Counted from the stretch's first letter, positions 25,633-38,471 are shown. The stretch: 64,000 nt of DNA from Octopus sinensis (GCF_006345805.1 NC_043012.1:43276001-43340000), one strand, 5' to 3'. Numbers and translations: made by a program. Notes: a model not told the origin generated them from the letters alone.

Positions 25633-26169
25633 ATTGTCCTGGTGCAGTACCAGGCAGTGCCTCTCATGGCTTCTGATCTTAACTAATTGGAAGTGTTATC
25701 ATGTACATTGTTTTGTCTTGGTATAAAAGATGGGCTACAGCAAATATTTTGCTCAATACCACAGATTTGCTTGTCAGTTGTTTGACCTTAACCAGTTGAG
25801 CATGTCCCTTAGTGGCTGACGATATGTGTATCTGTGATCACGAGCAGAAGTAGTGGGGTGCATCATAGCCATGTGTTGAGAGGAACTCTTTGGGGTTTCG
25901 ATAAATCATCTTTGGAAACATGGGTGTTTTGTTCAACATCCTTAAACAACCCTTATTCAGGGACCTTTTGAGCGGGATGGGCTACTCGATGGGTCCTATC
26001 TGCAAGGTCATGCGCTGTTAATTTTGATATGGGATCATATGTCGTGCACATATGGCTGTGATGGATATGCCTGGTGCACCCTTATCAGACGAGTAGTCAT
26101 GACGGTTATACTGGGCTTCGTATATTTTACTCCAGTGTTACTTTGATGGTATGCACTGGTCTCTCACTC
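25633..26169 (+). mobile_element. ~540-bp non-coding (AAT)n-associated element, copy 2
   Basis: Homologous to copy 1 along its length; ends ctctcactc-AATAAT. Confidence 0.8.
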
Positions 26170-26248
<79 letters not shown>

Positions 26249-26256
26249 TAATAATA

Positions 26257-26306
<50 letters not shown>

Positions 26307-26308
<2 letters not shown>

Positions 26309-26787
26309 TGTTTTGTCTTGGTATAAAAGATGGGCTACAGCAAATATTCTGCTCAATACCATAGATTTGCTTGTTAGTTGTTTGACCGTAACCAGTTGAG
26401 CATGTCCCTTAGTGGCTGACGATATGTACATCTCTGATCACGATCAGAAGTAGTGGGGGAGCATCATAGCCATGTGTTGAGGGAGTCTTTGGGGTTTAAA
26501 TAATTCACCTCTGGAAACATGGGTGTTTCATTCAACATCCTTAAACAACCCTTATTAAAGGACCTTTTGAGTGGGATGGGTTACTCAACCAGAAGAAAAT
26601 TCTACCTGGGCCCCACCTGCAAGGTCATGTGCTGTTTATCTTCATATGAGATCACCATGTCGCGCACATATGGTTGTGATGCATGTGCCTGGTGTACGCT
26701 TATCAGACGGGTAGTCATGATGGGTATACTGGGTTTCGTATATTTTACCCCAGTGTCACTTTGAGAGCATGCACTGCTCTCTCACTC
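26307..26787 (+). mobile_element. ~540-bp non-coding element, copy 3 (5'-truncated)
   Basis: Begins internally at attgttttgtcttgg after (AAT)n; 3' end ctctctcactc-AATAAT is intact. Confidence 0.8.
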
Positions 26788-26806
26788 AATAATAATAATA
26801 ATAATA

Positions 26807-26891
26807 ATATTGTTATATTTCGGAATGGTCATATTGTCAGTTTAGCCAATAAAAACACACGCACTATGACCATTCCGAAATATAACAATAT
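26807..26891. repeat. 85-bp mini inverted-repeat element (27-bp perfect arms)
   Basis: atattgttatatttcggaatggtcata (26807-26833) and its exact reverse complement (26865-26891). Confidence 0.85.
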
Positions 26892-26944
26892 CTGTTTCAA
26901 CACACGAATTTACATAAAAAATCTTGCACAACAAATATTTAAAC

Positions 26945-27016
<72 letters not shown>

Positions 27017-29761
27017 GTTTCAAATCTTGCCACAAGAGCAGCAGCTTTGGAGGAGGAAATGAGTCGATTACATTGAGACTAGTGTTGAACTGGTACTTAT
27101 TTTATCGACCCCGAAAGGATTTCTTACAAATTGGAACCACCGAAGGACTAAAGTAAAATAGCGAGCTGCTGAAATGCCGGTTAAATATTCCTCGCATCCA
27201 TTGGAGTTAAAACGACCAAACATTTTAATTACATTCCTAACCGATCGAAAAAGAAAAACAAACAAACAAACAAACAACAACAACAAAACAAAACAAAACA
27301 AAAAAAAGCAAAAACAAAAAAAAAACAAAACAAAAAAGTGTGTAATATGCAACACATGTAGTAAACAAAAAGGAAATACAACAGAGTGGTGATATTTAAT
27401 AGAGATGACTCGGAAGTTGTTGCTCTTCGACTACTTTCGCAAACAGTAGTAACTTTCTTCAGCTGAATACACGTCGTTGATTGGTTAAAATTTCCAAAAT
27501 GCGACAACTTTAATACGAAATAACTTCTAAAATACGAAATTTTGTCAAAAATGTTAAAAGTAAACCGTGTTCAGCGTGAGTTATTATACCAGTATACGAA
27601 GTTTCAAAGAGTTTAGATAAAAAAGATTATTAAAACATCTGTGATCGAAACTGAAGAGATCCGATAGCACTTCAAAAGGAACGAAAAATCTAATACCTGA
27701 CTATAAGAACATAAATCTCTCAGCAAGATAGAATTGTGCTAATTACCTAGGAAGCATTTAATGTTGTTCCATATCTAAAGATGTTGAGTAAGGTAGCATC
27801 AGATATAATTATATTAATCATAGTATGTCAAGTTACAGAACATGTATATAGCTACAAAAATAAAAAAAAGGAAAAAAAAACAAAAAAAGATGGTCGGAGG
27901 AAAGCTTAACCGAATAATATAACAGAAGGTCATAAGATTGCATTTTTTTTTTGACGAACAAAGATACAACTCGCATGGGATTATTACAAATGATTTCAAT
28001 AATCCATTGTAATAAACACAACTATATTGCGAGAGATGGTTCCGAAAATGACAGTAGAAAAATGGTCACATATAACGAATCTTAATAAAGGGTACATAAA
28101 TTTTATGAATAAAAACAAAGTGAAGAGAGAAGGATTATAGGTTAAAAGAGAAAGATTAGGTACATTATGGACGTTAGCTGTACTTAAATACACTATAATT
28201 CAATATAATATTTGGAGTTTGAAGGCGCCGAGCTAGCAGAATCATTAGCATGCCAGGCAAAATGCTTAGCGACATTTCACCTAGCTCTTTACCTAGCTCT
28301 GAAAGGATGAAAAGCAAAGTCGACGTCGACTTTGCATTTCAACCTTTCGTAGTTATTCGACTTCAGAGGGTTTTAGCCCATCATATCAATATAAGTACTT
28401 ATTTTAGTCTGGTAGTAATTATTGGTGTCTATTTCTCGAACCACCAAATTATGACTTTGACATAAAGTGACGTAACTCGACGCCGCTTTACATTGTCAAA
28501 CATAAAAAAAAACCTCTGGCATACTCCTCGCATATCTATGACTCCCTCTCTGCATACATGCATACACATTTTGTAAAATTCGTGTTGGTGAGACTTCAAG
28601 TATCTCTTGACGGCTTATTCAAATGCTCAGCCAGTTACATATGTATGTATTTATGTGTGTATGCAAGTATGTTTACATGTTGTAAATGTACGCGTGCGAT
28701 TACGTTTGAATTAACTGTCTATATGTACTGTGAAACAGTGTACATTCACAGCAGCTCGAATCATCCACCCACTGCAATTAGAATAAGTACCAATTGAGCG
28801 CTAGGATTGATGTAATTGACCAACTCGCTCCTCTGGAAATGTTGAGAATGTGCCAACATTTGAAATCATTTGAAATCAATATTTGTAAGTTGAAAAAAAA
28901 AACCCCAAGCAAACTACATAGAAAAAATAAGAAGTTGGTTAAAAAGAGACGATGAGCGATGGCTAGAAGTATATTGAGTTCTTCATAACCAGCTGATCTA
29001 GCAAGCGGGGCCTCATATCAGTGAGGGGAGCCGGTGCGCATTGATGCCGTCGAGAAGTAGGACCCGAAACGGCGCGCATTCTCTCCTGATGACCCCATAC
29101 ACTTGCTAGCTTCCGATATACGGAGCTTTTAACTGGTAGCACTTGCATGTGCAAGTTGTTTGCAAGATATCATAGAAAAAATAAGAATCTTAATGACGGT
29201 TTGTATAAACGGCCCTTTTATCAGAGATTTATATTGAAGACAGAGAGAAGGCGACTGAGGACTCCTAGAATTAGAATATTTCTGTAATGTAGCATTATGT
29301 AGATTTACATAAATATTTAGCAGAAAACAGTAGCAAATGAATGCAAATAATGAACACGAACATTATTAATTTGCTTCTATTTTAAAGAAGGAAAATATTA
29401 TAAAGATGTTGGAATAAAGTGGAGAGAGTAAAACAATGAAATCCCCCACCTAAAAAAACATTAAATTAAAAACAAATAAGACAATAATGATTTATAATAA
29501 TTTACGAGGAATTTTTTTATCAGGTAAATATGAAAATAAGATTGTTAAACGTTTCTTCAGCTGGCAAAAATGTAATTTATAACGGCAGACACGTATAACT
29601 AACCTTAGGTTCTGAAACATTCTACAGTCCAGTAGATGTTTGACGACATGACAATTATATCTAAAATACAAATATATAGGTAAAACATCTGATGGCAGCT
29701 GAGATCTAATGTATATTTTGTTTTTATACAGAATAGACCCTCACACAGTATTGAATTTTAC

Positions 29762-29907
29762 CTTTCTTGTAACAATAAACATGTGCAATCTTGTCACAAT
29801 TTGTTTCTAGTCTCCATGTTTCTATATGGCATTCGAAAAGCGTCATTTCCCGCCCGAAACAGTGGATCCCGGACATCATGACTGGTAGGTAACCGGGGTT
29901 GTCTATA
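29762..29907 (-). CDS. SRCR gene exon 8: C-terminal half of the split SRCR domain (not in ORF track)
   Basis: tttttcag|TATAG...AAAG|gtaaaa; (S)IDNPGYLPVMMSGIHCFGREMTLFECHIETWRLETNCDKIAHVYCYKK; 146 nt, phase 2 to 1; complements exon 7. Confidence 0.88.
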
Positions 29908-30819
29908 CTGAAAAAGATAAGAAATGAACACTGTGTTGATATGATATTTCTAAATCGATTACAACTAATAATATAATATACAATTTTACATAAACAAAAA
30001 TTATAGCAGAAGAAGAATAGTTTAATGGAATTATTGAATTGAGTAAATTTGAGTAGATAATCTTAGATAATCAAAGATATATATAGCTAACATATAAGAT
30101 GAGTCTGTGAAATATTACGATAAAAAGTCTATATAAAATATTTCAATTTATCTTATTTGAAAAATATTACACAGGTTTAGCAATCAAATTTGTAACTACC
30201 CACATTTTAAAGTCTAACTTGTAATTTGATCCTTGATTTCTCTTTGAAATTTGCTAGAATAACGTCTCTGACTTCGCTGCTAAAATCACTGACCCCAAGT
30301 GTGAGTAGCATTGTATTAGAGAAAGGAAGAGAAAGAGAGAGAGAGAGAGAGAGAGGGGGGGACAAAGGGAAATAGGGAGAAGTTACTTTGCTCCATTAAA
30401 AGAAACAACCATCCTATCAATAAATATTGCAATAATAAGATGAGCGAAGTTGTTGGTTAGTGCGACTGTGAAAGAGATTGGGGAAATGATAGTAATGAGG
30501 ATCATAATTATGATAAGTGTTGGGGAATATTGGTGTTTGTGTTATTGAAACGAATGAAAGTAACATTCATATTATACTTCAAAAGCAAAAAATAAAAAAA
30601 ATACTCAAAACAAATGTCATTGTTCATTAAATGTCATAATTTACGGAAGAACTAAACGCAAACAGTCGACAGTGAAGGTCGTGGAGGTATAATGATGAGG
30701 ATAAATGACGGTGATTATATATAGTGAGGAATATGATGACGAGAACGAAAAATACGATGATATTGCGAATGATTATGATTATAGTGGCAAAGACACATTA
30801 CTCATAATCCTTTCTTCCA

Positions 30820-30951
30820 AAGACAGAAGGCCTGGAATTTGGGTGGGGGAATAGTCGATTACATCGATCCCAGTGTTTCACTGGTAATTATTTCATCGGC
30901 CCCTAAACGATTAAAAGTAAAGTCGACCTTGGCGGAATTTGAACTCAGAAC
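30820..30951 (-). mobile_element. SINE family B, 3' part
   Basis: Reverse complement of gttctgagttcaaattccgccaaggtcgacttt...atcgatgtaatcgacta. Confidence 0.75.
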
Positions 30952-32460
30952 ATCATCATCATTGTTCGACCGTGGTCGAGACAATGGAATTTACCATGCT
31001 ACGCCAGACTTCACGGTACATCATGGCATTACGGAGGTCCTGTTGCTGGATGCCTGTATCCCTGGAGATTACATCAGGGTAGGAGAGTGTGCGCCCTCTG
31101 GCATTGCAAGTAGATGGCTTCCAGAGGAGGAGAGTAGAAATTACCTCTTTTTCAGCTCTACAACAATGTCCAGCAAACTGAACTCTCCTACCTTTCACAA
31201 GAGATGACACAGGTGGTAGTTTCCCATATGTTTGCATTTTGGTTGGATGTCGCTTTCACGAGAGATTTTGAGCTCTCATAAGGAGGCGAGTGTAGGTCCC
31301 ATCCAACCGCCTCTCAAGCTTCTTTGATAACGTCCAGGTTTCTGAGCCAAATAGTAGAATTGGTTCGACTGTGGCTTTGAAGATTTCAACTTTGGAGTCT
31401 CTACTTAGATTTGATGACCAGATCTTATGCATGTCATTACAGGCTGACCAGGCCATACCCTTTCTAGTTAGAAAATCTTTTCCAGATGATGATATGTATG
31501 ACCCAAGATATTTGTAATTAGAAACCATATTTAAGGGCGCATTGTTGAGAGTATGGATGATGCAATCACTGTTGGACAGGCACTTGTTTATATATTCAGT
31601 CTTGGCCTCATTGAGGTAAAGACCTACACAATTTTAGGCTTGTTCGAGAGATTGTAAAAGATACTGGGCATTGGAGAGAGAATCACTGATAAGAGCGATG
31701 TCGTCAGCAAAGTCAGTGTCTGTCAAGTATTCAGCTGGGTGTCTGGAACTTCTTCTTGGTTTTATCTCAAAGCCCTTGCCAGAGATGGTATCAACTGACA
31801 TACGTAGCACATAGTCAACGACAATGATTAAAAGAAATGGGGCGAGTGTGTCTCCCTGCAGTATTCCGGCTTTGATTGAGAAAGATGATGTTTCTCCGTC
31901 AGGGGTTAAGATGGTTGAAGACGTATCTGTGTAGAGGACCTTGATGGCAGAAATGATTTTGTCTGGTATCCCATAGAGCTTAAGGATTTCAAACATCTTG
32001 TACCTATCTACAGAATCGAACGCTTTAGAAAAGTCTACAAATACCATTGCAAGATCGCGATTAAATGCTTTTTGATTCTTCAATAAGTCTGCGTAGGCAT
32101 AGTATTTGGCTCAGCGTTGAGCACCTATGTCTGAATCCATTTTGGTTCTTTCGGAGCAAAGGTTCAACAAACTCAGAACATAAAGACGGACAAAATGCTG
32201 CTGAGCATTGTAATCGGCGAAACCCTGCCAGCTGCCTTTTAGGAGGATCCTGCTTCTTAAGGGCTGTAGGAATGAAACCCTCGAATGGGCCATCATCGAC
32301 AGGGCCCCATCTTATTCTTTGCAAGGAATTTCTGCTCTGTATCAGCGAAAGATTGCATATTCTTCACCAGCTTGCAGTGTATATCAACAGATGCAGAATC
32401 TTATGGCTGCCATCAGAGGAACGCCCTCTTAGTGAGCTTCAAACTACTATTCGCCAACAA
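30952..32460 (-). mobile_element. RTE-group (RTE/RTE-X-like) LINE, 5'-truncated, frameshifted
   Basis: VDFSKAFDSV, GILQGDTLAPFL, TDFADDIAL, YKYLGSYI, LFGSETWT and QFAGHCCR; stop followed directly by a (GAT)n tail. Confidence 0.85.
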
Positions 32461-33794
32461 CCCAGATATATCATCGATTGCCTCTCAACACTGGCTGCCC
32501 CACAACAAAGGACAGAGTTCCTAACTACCAATGCCTACACAGACCACAGGCTGACCTTCCAATCTTATGCATCCCGTGTAACCTCCCACAGCCGTCTTCA
32601 TATACGTCGGCGTGCACACACACGCACATAAACATCTATGTATGTATGTTTTTCTTCTCTTTCTTTTCCCCTAACATAACCAAACCTTTCCTCACAACAT
32701 AACCATACCTGAATCCAACGCCAATTTCTCCACCCCATACCCGCCAGCAACGTATACATCTGCCATGCTCGGGTACACAAATACCAAAAGAATGAATATA
32801 TATGTATACACACACGCATACACCAGATGCAAGCACACACGCACACATAATATTCTTCCAGACAAACACATCTGATACACACGAAGCTGATATACACAGC
32901 TGACGCATATTCCGACATGTTCGCGTGCGGTTACTCGCAAATGACAGATACGCACCCATACACATTAGCAAACGCACCAAAGAACGGTTGTCATCAGCTC
33001 TCAACCACACACCAGATTTAACCCCACGTGCACCATCACCCGTATACATATAGTAGATACACACGCATTAGCAATCAGCACTCATATACACATCTTCGTC
33101 CAGTCCCTTTGAAAGACAGGCCAGACAGCAAGACGTCACCAGCTTCCTGGTCAACTCTTTTTTTAAATACATCTGATGTCGCTGGAATGTCGATTTTATT
33201 TCCAACAACACTATGTCGGTTGCCTTGAACAATGGCAGCTCAGGTTCCAGTAGACATTTTGGACTTTCTGCATCTTTCCATTCGGTTAACTAAGCCCGAC
33301 GGGCTTGCTTTCTGGAAGACGTCTACGAAACTTTAAGTCCCCATGGTAACTGCAGTAAATTTGCCTTTAGAAGTTCAAATATGTCCCAAACTTATTTTAA
33401 TTAAACTAAATTTCGCATACACACGCACGCACGCACTCACATACACAAACACACACACAACACACATCATCATCATCATCATCAGTGAATCATAATTCCG
33501 AAATAGAAGTACACTCTAAGTTATAGATAGTTGTGTCCGGTCGATGGGGTTAGCCAAGGATTCGCATCCATAGAGCGCTTAGCCTTACAGCATCGCGTCA
33601 GATCCTAATGCTTACGTTGGAAGGAATAAGAGGTCTTACGAAATTTTAGCCTGGGAATGAAGTCCTTCAGGTCTGCCTCGATGGCGTCAAGGTCCTTGAT
33701 CCTGGGTGGGTGCTTCCTAGATCTGGTCTGATGAGACGTTGTAAGGCTAAGCACTTTATGGACGTGAAACCATGGGCAACTCCATAGACCGACT

Positions 33795-33795
33795 A

Positions 33796-33858
<63 letters not shown>

Positions 33859-33864
33859 AAACTG

Positions 33865-33951
<87 letters not shown>

Positions 33952-33958
33952 ATCTATC
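33795..33958 (+). repeat. (TCTA)n microsatellite
   Basis: Direct reading. Confidence 0.95.
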
Positions 33959-34243
33959 TAATTGGCTGTTGTTCGCGTCGTCTCACGTAAGTTCATATAT
34001 TTTGTCGTGTTTGCTTATGTATACCTGTATGTATTTTTGTCAGAAAGGTTTCTAATAACATCTGCTGGAGCTTTACTTTTTAACCTACAGATTTAAAAAA
34101 TAATTTTTTGTAACTAAAAACTTTCAAACTTCGGACACTAGTAGAATGTGTCACATATAACATCTTTTACTCCTAGCATATTTGAGGAAAACTCATATTT
34201 ACGAAGTTATTTCACGTTAAAGTTGTCCTATTTAGGTAGGAAC

Positions 34244-36481
34244 ATGCTTAGAATAGTTTGTATAAATATGCGTGGCTTGGGGTCGCCTTGGAAACAAGGC
34301 TACCTGTTGAATGACATCAAGTTACAGAATATGCATATCATAGCTACTAGGGAGGCCAGACTCCACAACCCGCGGTCCCTCCAGCACATGTTCGGTAGAC
34401 AATTCGACATTTATTCTTCTGCGTCTGCCGAGAATGGGCGGAGGTGGTACCGCGGTGCTTTTTCGGAAGAGTCTGAACTTCAAAGTAAGAGCATTATTCC
34501 TAGACTCGGAGGGTAGGCTGGTTGTTTTGGATGTCGATGGCAGTAAAGAGTGTGCTTAACAGTTTATTCACCGTCTTTAAAAAGTCGGACGGATTTCTTT
34601 AGACTTTTCCTGGGTACGTCTAGACCTTTACTTTTAGTGGGGAATTGGAACGCTACCTTGGACACACATCTGGACTACGTGGGTATAGATATGAATAGGA
34701 GTGAATATAAACACCTCAAAGACCTGCTCAGACGTTTCCAACTGTCTGAGAAGTACCGACTGGATCACCCGAATGTGCCAATGTGGACATGGAGCAACCG
34801 CATCGGATCGTCCAGATCGTATTTAGATAGAGTAGGACAATGGATAGGGATAGTGTAGGTTGTCCACAATTTCATATTGATCACAAATTTGTGGCTTGAA
34901 CGCTTGACTTAGATCAGAACCGTAGGCAGGGTTCCGGTTGCTGGAAACTGAACGTGTCGTTCACGGCGCGACAGGCTTACAGAGACCGGATTAGCAATAT
35001 ATGGTGGTTTGGCCTAAAAAAAGCAATTAAAACAGAATCAGTTAGGTATAGTAAGGCTTTAGCGATTGATCGAAATAGAATAGAGGAAGACCTAGTTAAG
35101 AAATTAGAAGAGGCACATAAAAGTGGTATCGCATCCAACGTGCTGGCGGCGAGGTTGGCCCTCGCCCAACACTTCGTCGCTTCTGTACGTATTGACTGTA
35201 GAGCCACTACTGCGGAAGCTGGCTACGCTGAGGGGCATCCCGCGAGAACTGAGATGCGGGAGGAGCGTGTCTGCATACGCGGACGACGTCACCGTGATAG
35301 TGTGGAGCCACAGGCATATGGACCTTGTCGCGAGACACGAAAAGAATATGAAACTGTAGTGGGAGCGACAATTAACTCGGTAAAGTCAGTGGGCTTACGG
35401 CTCGGCATCTGGAGAAGCATGCCCATACCGTCCAACAGCGTTTCCATCGTCGGACACTGGACCGACGGACCGGTTAAATTGCTCGGGATCTGGTAGGGAC
35501 CAGACCTCCAAATGTAGAAGAACTGGGACTAGATAACGAATAGGGTGACCACTCTCATCCAGCAATGGGCCGAGAGGAAGCTATCCCTAAAACGTCGGGT
35601 GGAGATGGCGAACGCGTACATCGCATCCGTCATCTATTACTGTCTCACCGTCGTCCTTTGTCCCGACTCTACGACCACTTTCGAGTCGAGATCTATAGAC
35701 AATCACCAGAGATCCCTGACCTGGCAGTGCTCTTGGGAAGCATTGCCCGGTCGGGATAAGCTCTACCGGCACGGTTCGAGAAACACCGGACCGACCTGCC
35801 CGAGAATCGGTCAGATCGACGAAACTGTTCTGCACACACTCGTACAGTGTCCAACCATTTCAGACCTGTGGGTTTATGTCGAACGGCTACTGTCACATGT
35901 GAGACGAATTCGGTTATCAGTCGAGTCTATCGTGAATATTGCCCCGCCACCATCCTTTAAGCAGGAAGGCAAGGCAGTTTTCATTGTACTAGTGGCCATG
36001 GTGAAAGAATGTGTGTGGTGGACTCGTGCGAAATGTTTAGAGACAAACACTCTGGTCAATCGCTCATCAACTTTTTCAAGTACCACTTGAAAAGGAGGGT
36101 GAGACTAGAGAGGGAAGCTTTGTCTCTTTAAAGTTTCAATAGAAGGTGGGTGAATGTTGCAAAGATGGTAGGCGCGAAGGACTAAACCACTTTGAGCATG
36201 ATACTGTAAATCCAAAAGAGAGAGATAGAGAGAGAAAGAGAGAGAGAGCATTTTGCTCTCATGTGTTTCTTCCCTGCCTGAAGTTACCGTGGTCTATTTC
36301 GTAGGCTTTTCTTTCCACGAATAAACCTAATCTGTTTTACATTTTTACTCCCCATTATTTTGCTGTTTATACGTCTCAAACGCTTTCGATCGGAATTTTT
36401 TCTTTTCTGCTTTCTTTCTTTCGAAAAGAAAAGTTCTACATTATATTGTCTCCTCTTTGTTCGGCCCTGTGTGGCTAATAA
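34244..36481 (+). mobile_element. Tx1-like (L1 clade) LINE ORF2 remnant with internal deletions
   Basis: APE motifs (CINMRGL, LLVGNWNA, WTWSN..SYLDRV, WKLNVS), RT SAYADDVTV, C-terminal ETVLHTLVQCP, and 3' end ggctaataaa. Confidence 0.85.
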
Positions 36482-36560
<79 letters not shown>

Positions 36561-36648
36561 GATCTATCTACCTACCTACCTACCTACCTACCTACCTACC
36601 TACTTACCTACCTACCTACCTACCTACCTATCTATCTATCTATCTATC
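36482..36648 (+). repeat. (TCTA)n/(TACC)n compound microsatellite
   Basis: Direct reading. Confidence 0.95.
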
Positions 36649-37032
36649 TGATGGTAGTCTCTCGTTTGAGAAAGATGGTTCCACAATTTCTTCCTGAACA
36701 ACCTGCACAAATGATTTATTTATAGCGATGAAACGTATGCGGTGCGCATCGGATCACTCCGTCCATCAAGTCAACAGGTGACTGTAGAATTAACAATAAT
36801 TTCGATATGTGGAAGTAGCAATATATATTTCACCTATTCAGCTCTAATAAGTTTTAATCTTGGAATTAATGGAAAAAGTTAAATATCATTAGAATTTCCA
36901 GGGTTGCCCGATTGATGATTCCATTGTACCATGTGCTACAACACTTAATTACCTTACGTGTTCTAGGCAATCAATAGAATTCACATGAATGTTTTGAAAT
37001 ATTTCCCTCATAAATGCAATATTTAATATCAA

Positions 37033-37415
37033 TATTCTTTATCTTTTACTGGTTTCAGTCATTAGACTGCGGCCATGCTGGGTAAACATCATGAAAAGTT
37101 TTTAGTCGAATGAATCGACCTCGGTACTTTCTTTAAAGCCTAATACTTATTCCATCAATTTCTATTGCCGAACCGCTAAGTTACAGGGACATAAAAACAC
37201 CAACATCGGTTGACAAGCGGCAGTGGGGAACAAATTCAGACAGACAGACACACACACACACACACGACAGGCATCTTTCAGTTTCTATCTATCAAATCTA
37301 CTCGCAAGGCTTTGGTCGGCCCAAGGCTACAATAGAAGACAACCAACGTGTCATGAAGTGAGACTGAACCCGGAACCATGTAGTTGGGAAGCAAGCTTCT
37401 TACCACACAGCTACC
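37033..37415 (-). mobile_element. SINE family A, full length
   Basis: Reverse complement of head (gctgtgtggtaagaagcttgcttcccaactacatggttccgggttcagtc), core, TG tract and tail. Confidence 0.8.
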
Positions 37416-38309
37416 CTAGGGCCTATTGTTTAAAATTAATTTTAAACTGAAAATATTTTGATAATTATAAGCAATTACTATATTGTAATTATATATACAT
37501 TACAGAACGATTGAATCGAAGACTGAAACAATAAAGAACACAAGCTCTAGATCCTAGCTTCTCAAACTGGGGTCCACTGTCCCTTAGGGGACTGCGAAGC
37601 GACTCTGATTATCGGGCATCTATAAGCCATTATTCGACCAAAAATGTGTTTACCGAGCTGAGATAATTCTTAAGCCAAGTTGTTACAGAACTAACTTCAA
37701 TGAGGACTTCAAATAAAAAGGTCCAAGAGTTAAGCTCAGACAAGGGTTGCAAAAACCCCATCACCACCACTGCAGTACACTTGTTGACATAACAACAAAG
37801 GCTGTATCCAAGTGTCGGCCAGACATGTGGAGCTAGGTGTAAGAGGTGGAAAGTTGCATTGAATGTGCGCAGTTTCCCTGTTTTATCCTCCTGTAATGAG
37901 ATTTGATGAAGGATAAACTTATCATCCATTTTTCTTTTTGTCTTATTGACCTTATTGCATGTTTCCTCTTGAGTGAATTTTTTCGTGGCCTAGTTACGCT
38001 GACCCAATTCCGTGACCTTTGTAGCCTCTCTCTCGTTTGTGACCTCAAAGTCAGCTCGGACAAAGAACCCTTTCTCTTAACGACACAATACTCTTGTGAA
38101 TATTTTGAGTGTGCCAAAAGATTGGTGCGCACGTTCCATTTTGCTGTTTTTTACTAACAGGATTCATATCAGAGTTGCCAGATGAATTTCGTAGAAAGGG
38201 GCACAAAATTATTAGAATAGATTGTTTTAGAAAATAAACTCTCAAAAAAATTCATTGCCTGGAGTATCTTCACAATACCTCGAAAATACACGTCTGCCCT
38301 GGCTATGAG

Positions 38310-38470
38310 TGCCTGATTCTTGATTCTTCAGGAATTCAGTTAGTGTGGCTATGTGGTATTGACAAAGTTCATTGATGAAAAACTAAAAACCGATGATGAT
38401 AGTGATGATGAACTTTGTCAATACCACATAGCCACACTAACTGAATTCCTGAAGAATCAAGAATCAGGCA
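38310..38470. repeat. Perfect 63-bp inverted repeat with 35-nt spacer
   Basis: 38310-38372 is the exact reverse complement of 38408-38470. Confidence 0.93.
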
Positions 38471-38471
38471 T

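Noticed and set aside
12997-26306. CRISPR-like reading of recurring repeats separated by unique sequence
   Set aside because: The recurring units are variable-length (AAT)n tracts and the intervening blocks are kb-sized retrotransposons. The DNA is eukaryotic with spliceosomal introns and no cas genes.
29055-29100. Hammerhead from CGAAAC ... CTGATGA
   Set aside because: No GUH triplet to pair with GAAAC and no stem I.
33730-33775. Hammerhead from CTGATGA ... GAAAC, and an imperfect ~30-bp inverted repeat (33575-33755)
   Set aside because: No stem III or cleavage triplet. The region looks like a rearranged RTE 3' remnant.
37620-38300. Polinton-type PolB remnant on minus (GFFVRADFE; ITGG*NRETAHIQCNF)
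   Set aside because: Only two loose motif resemblances, spaced closer than I would expect. A profile search (tblastn/HMM) is needed before calling it.
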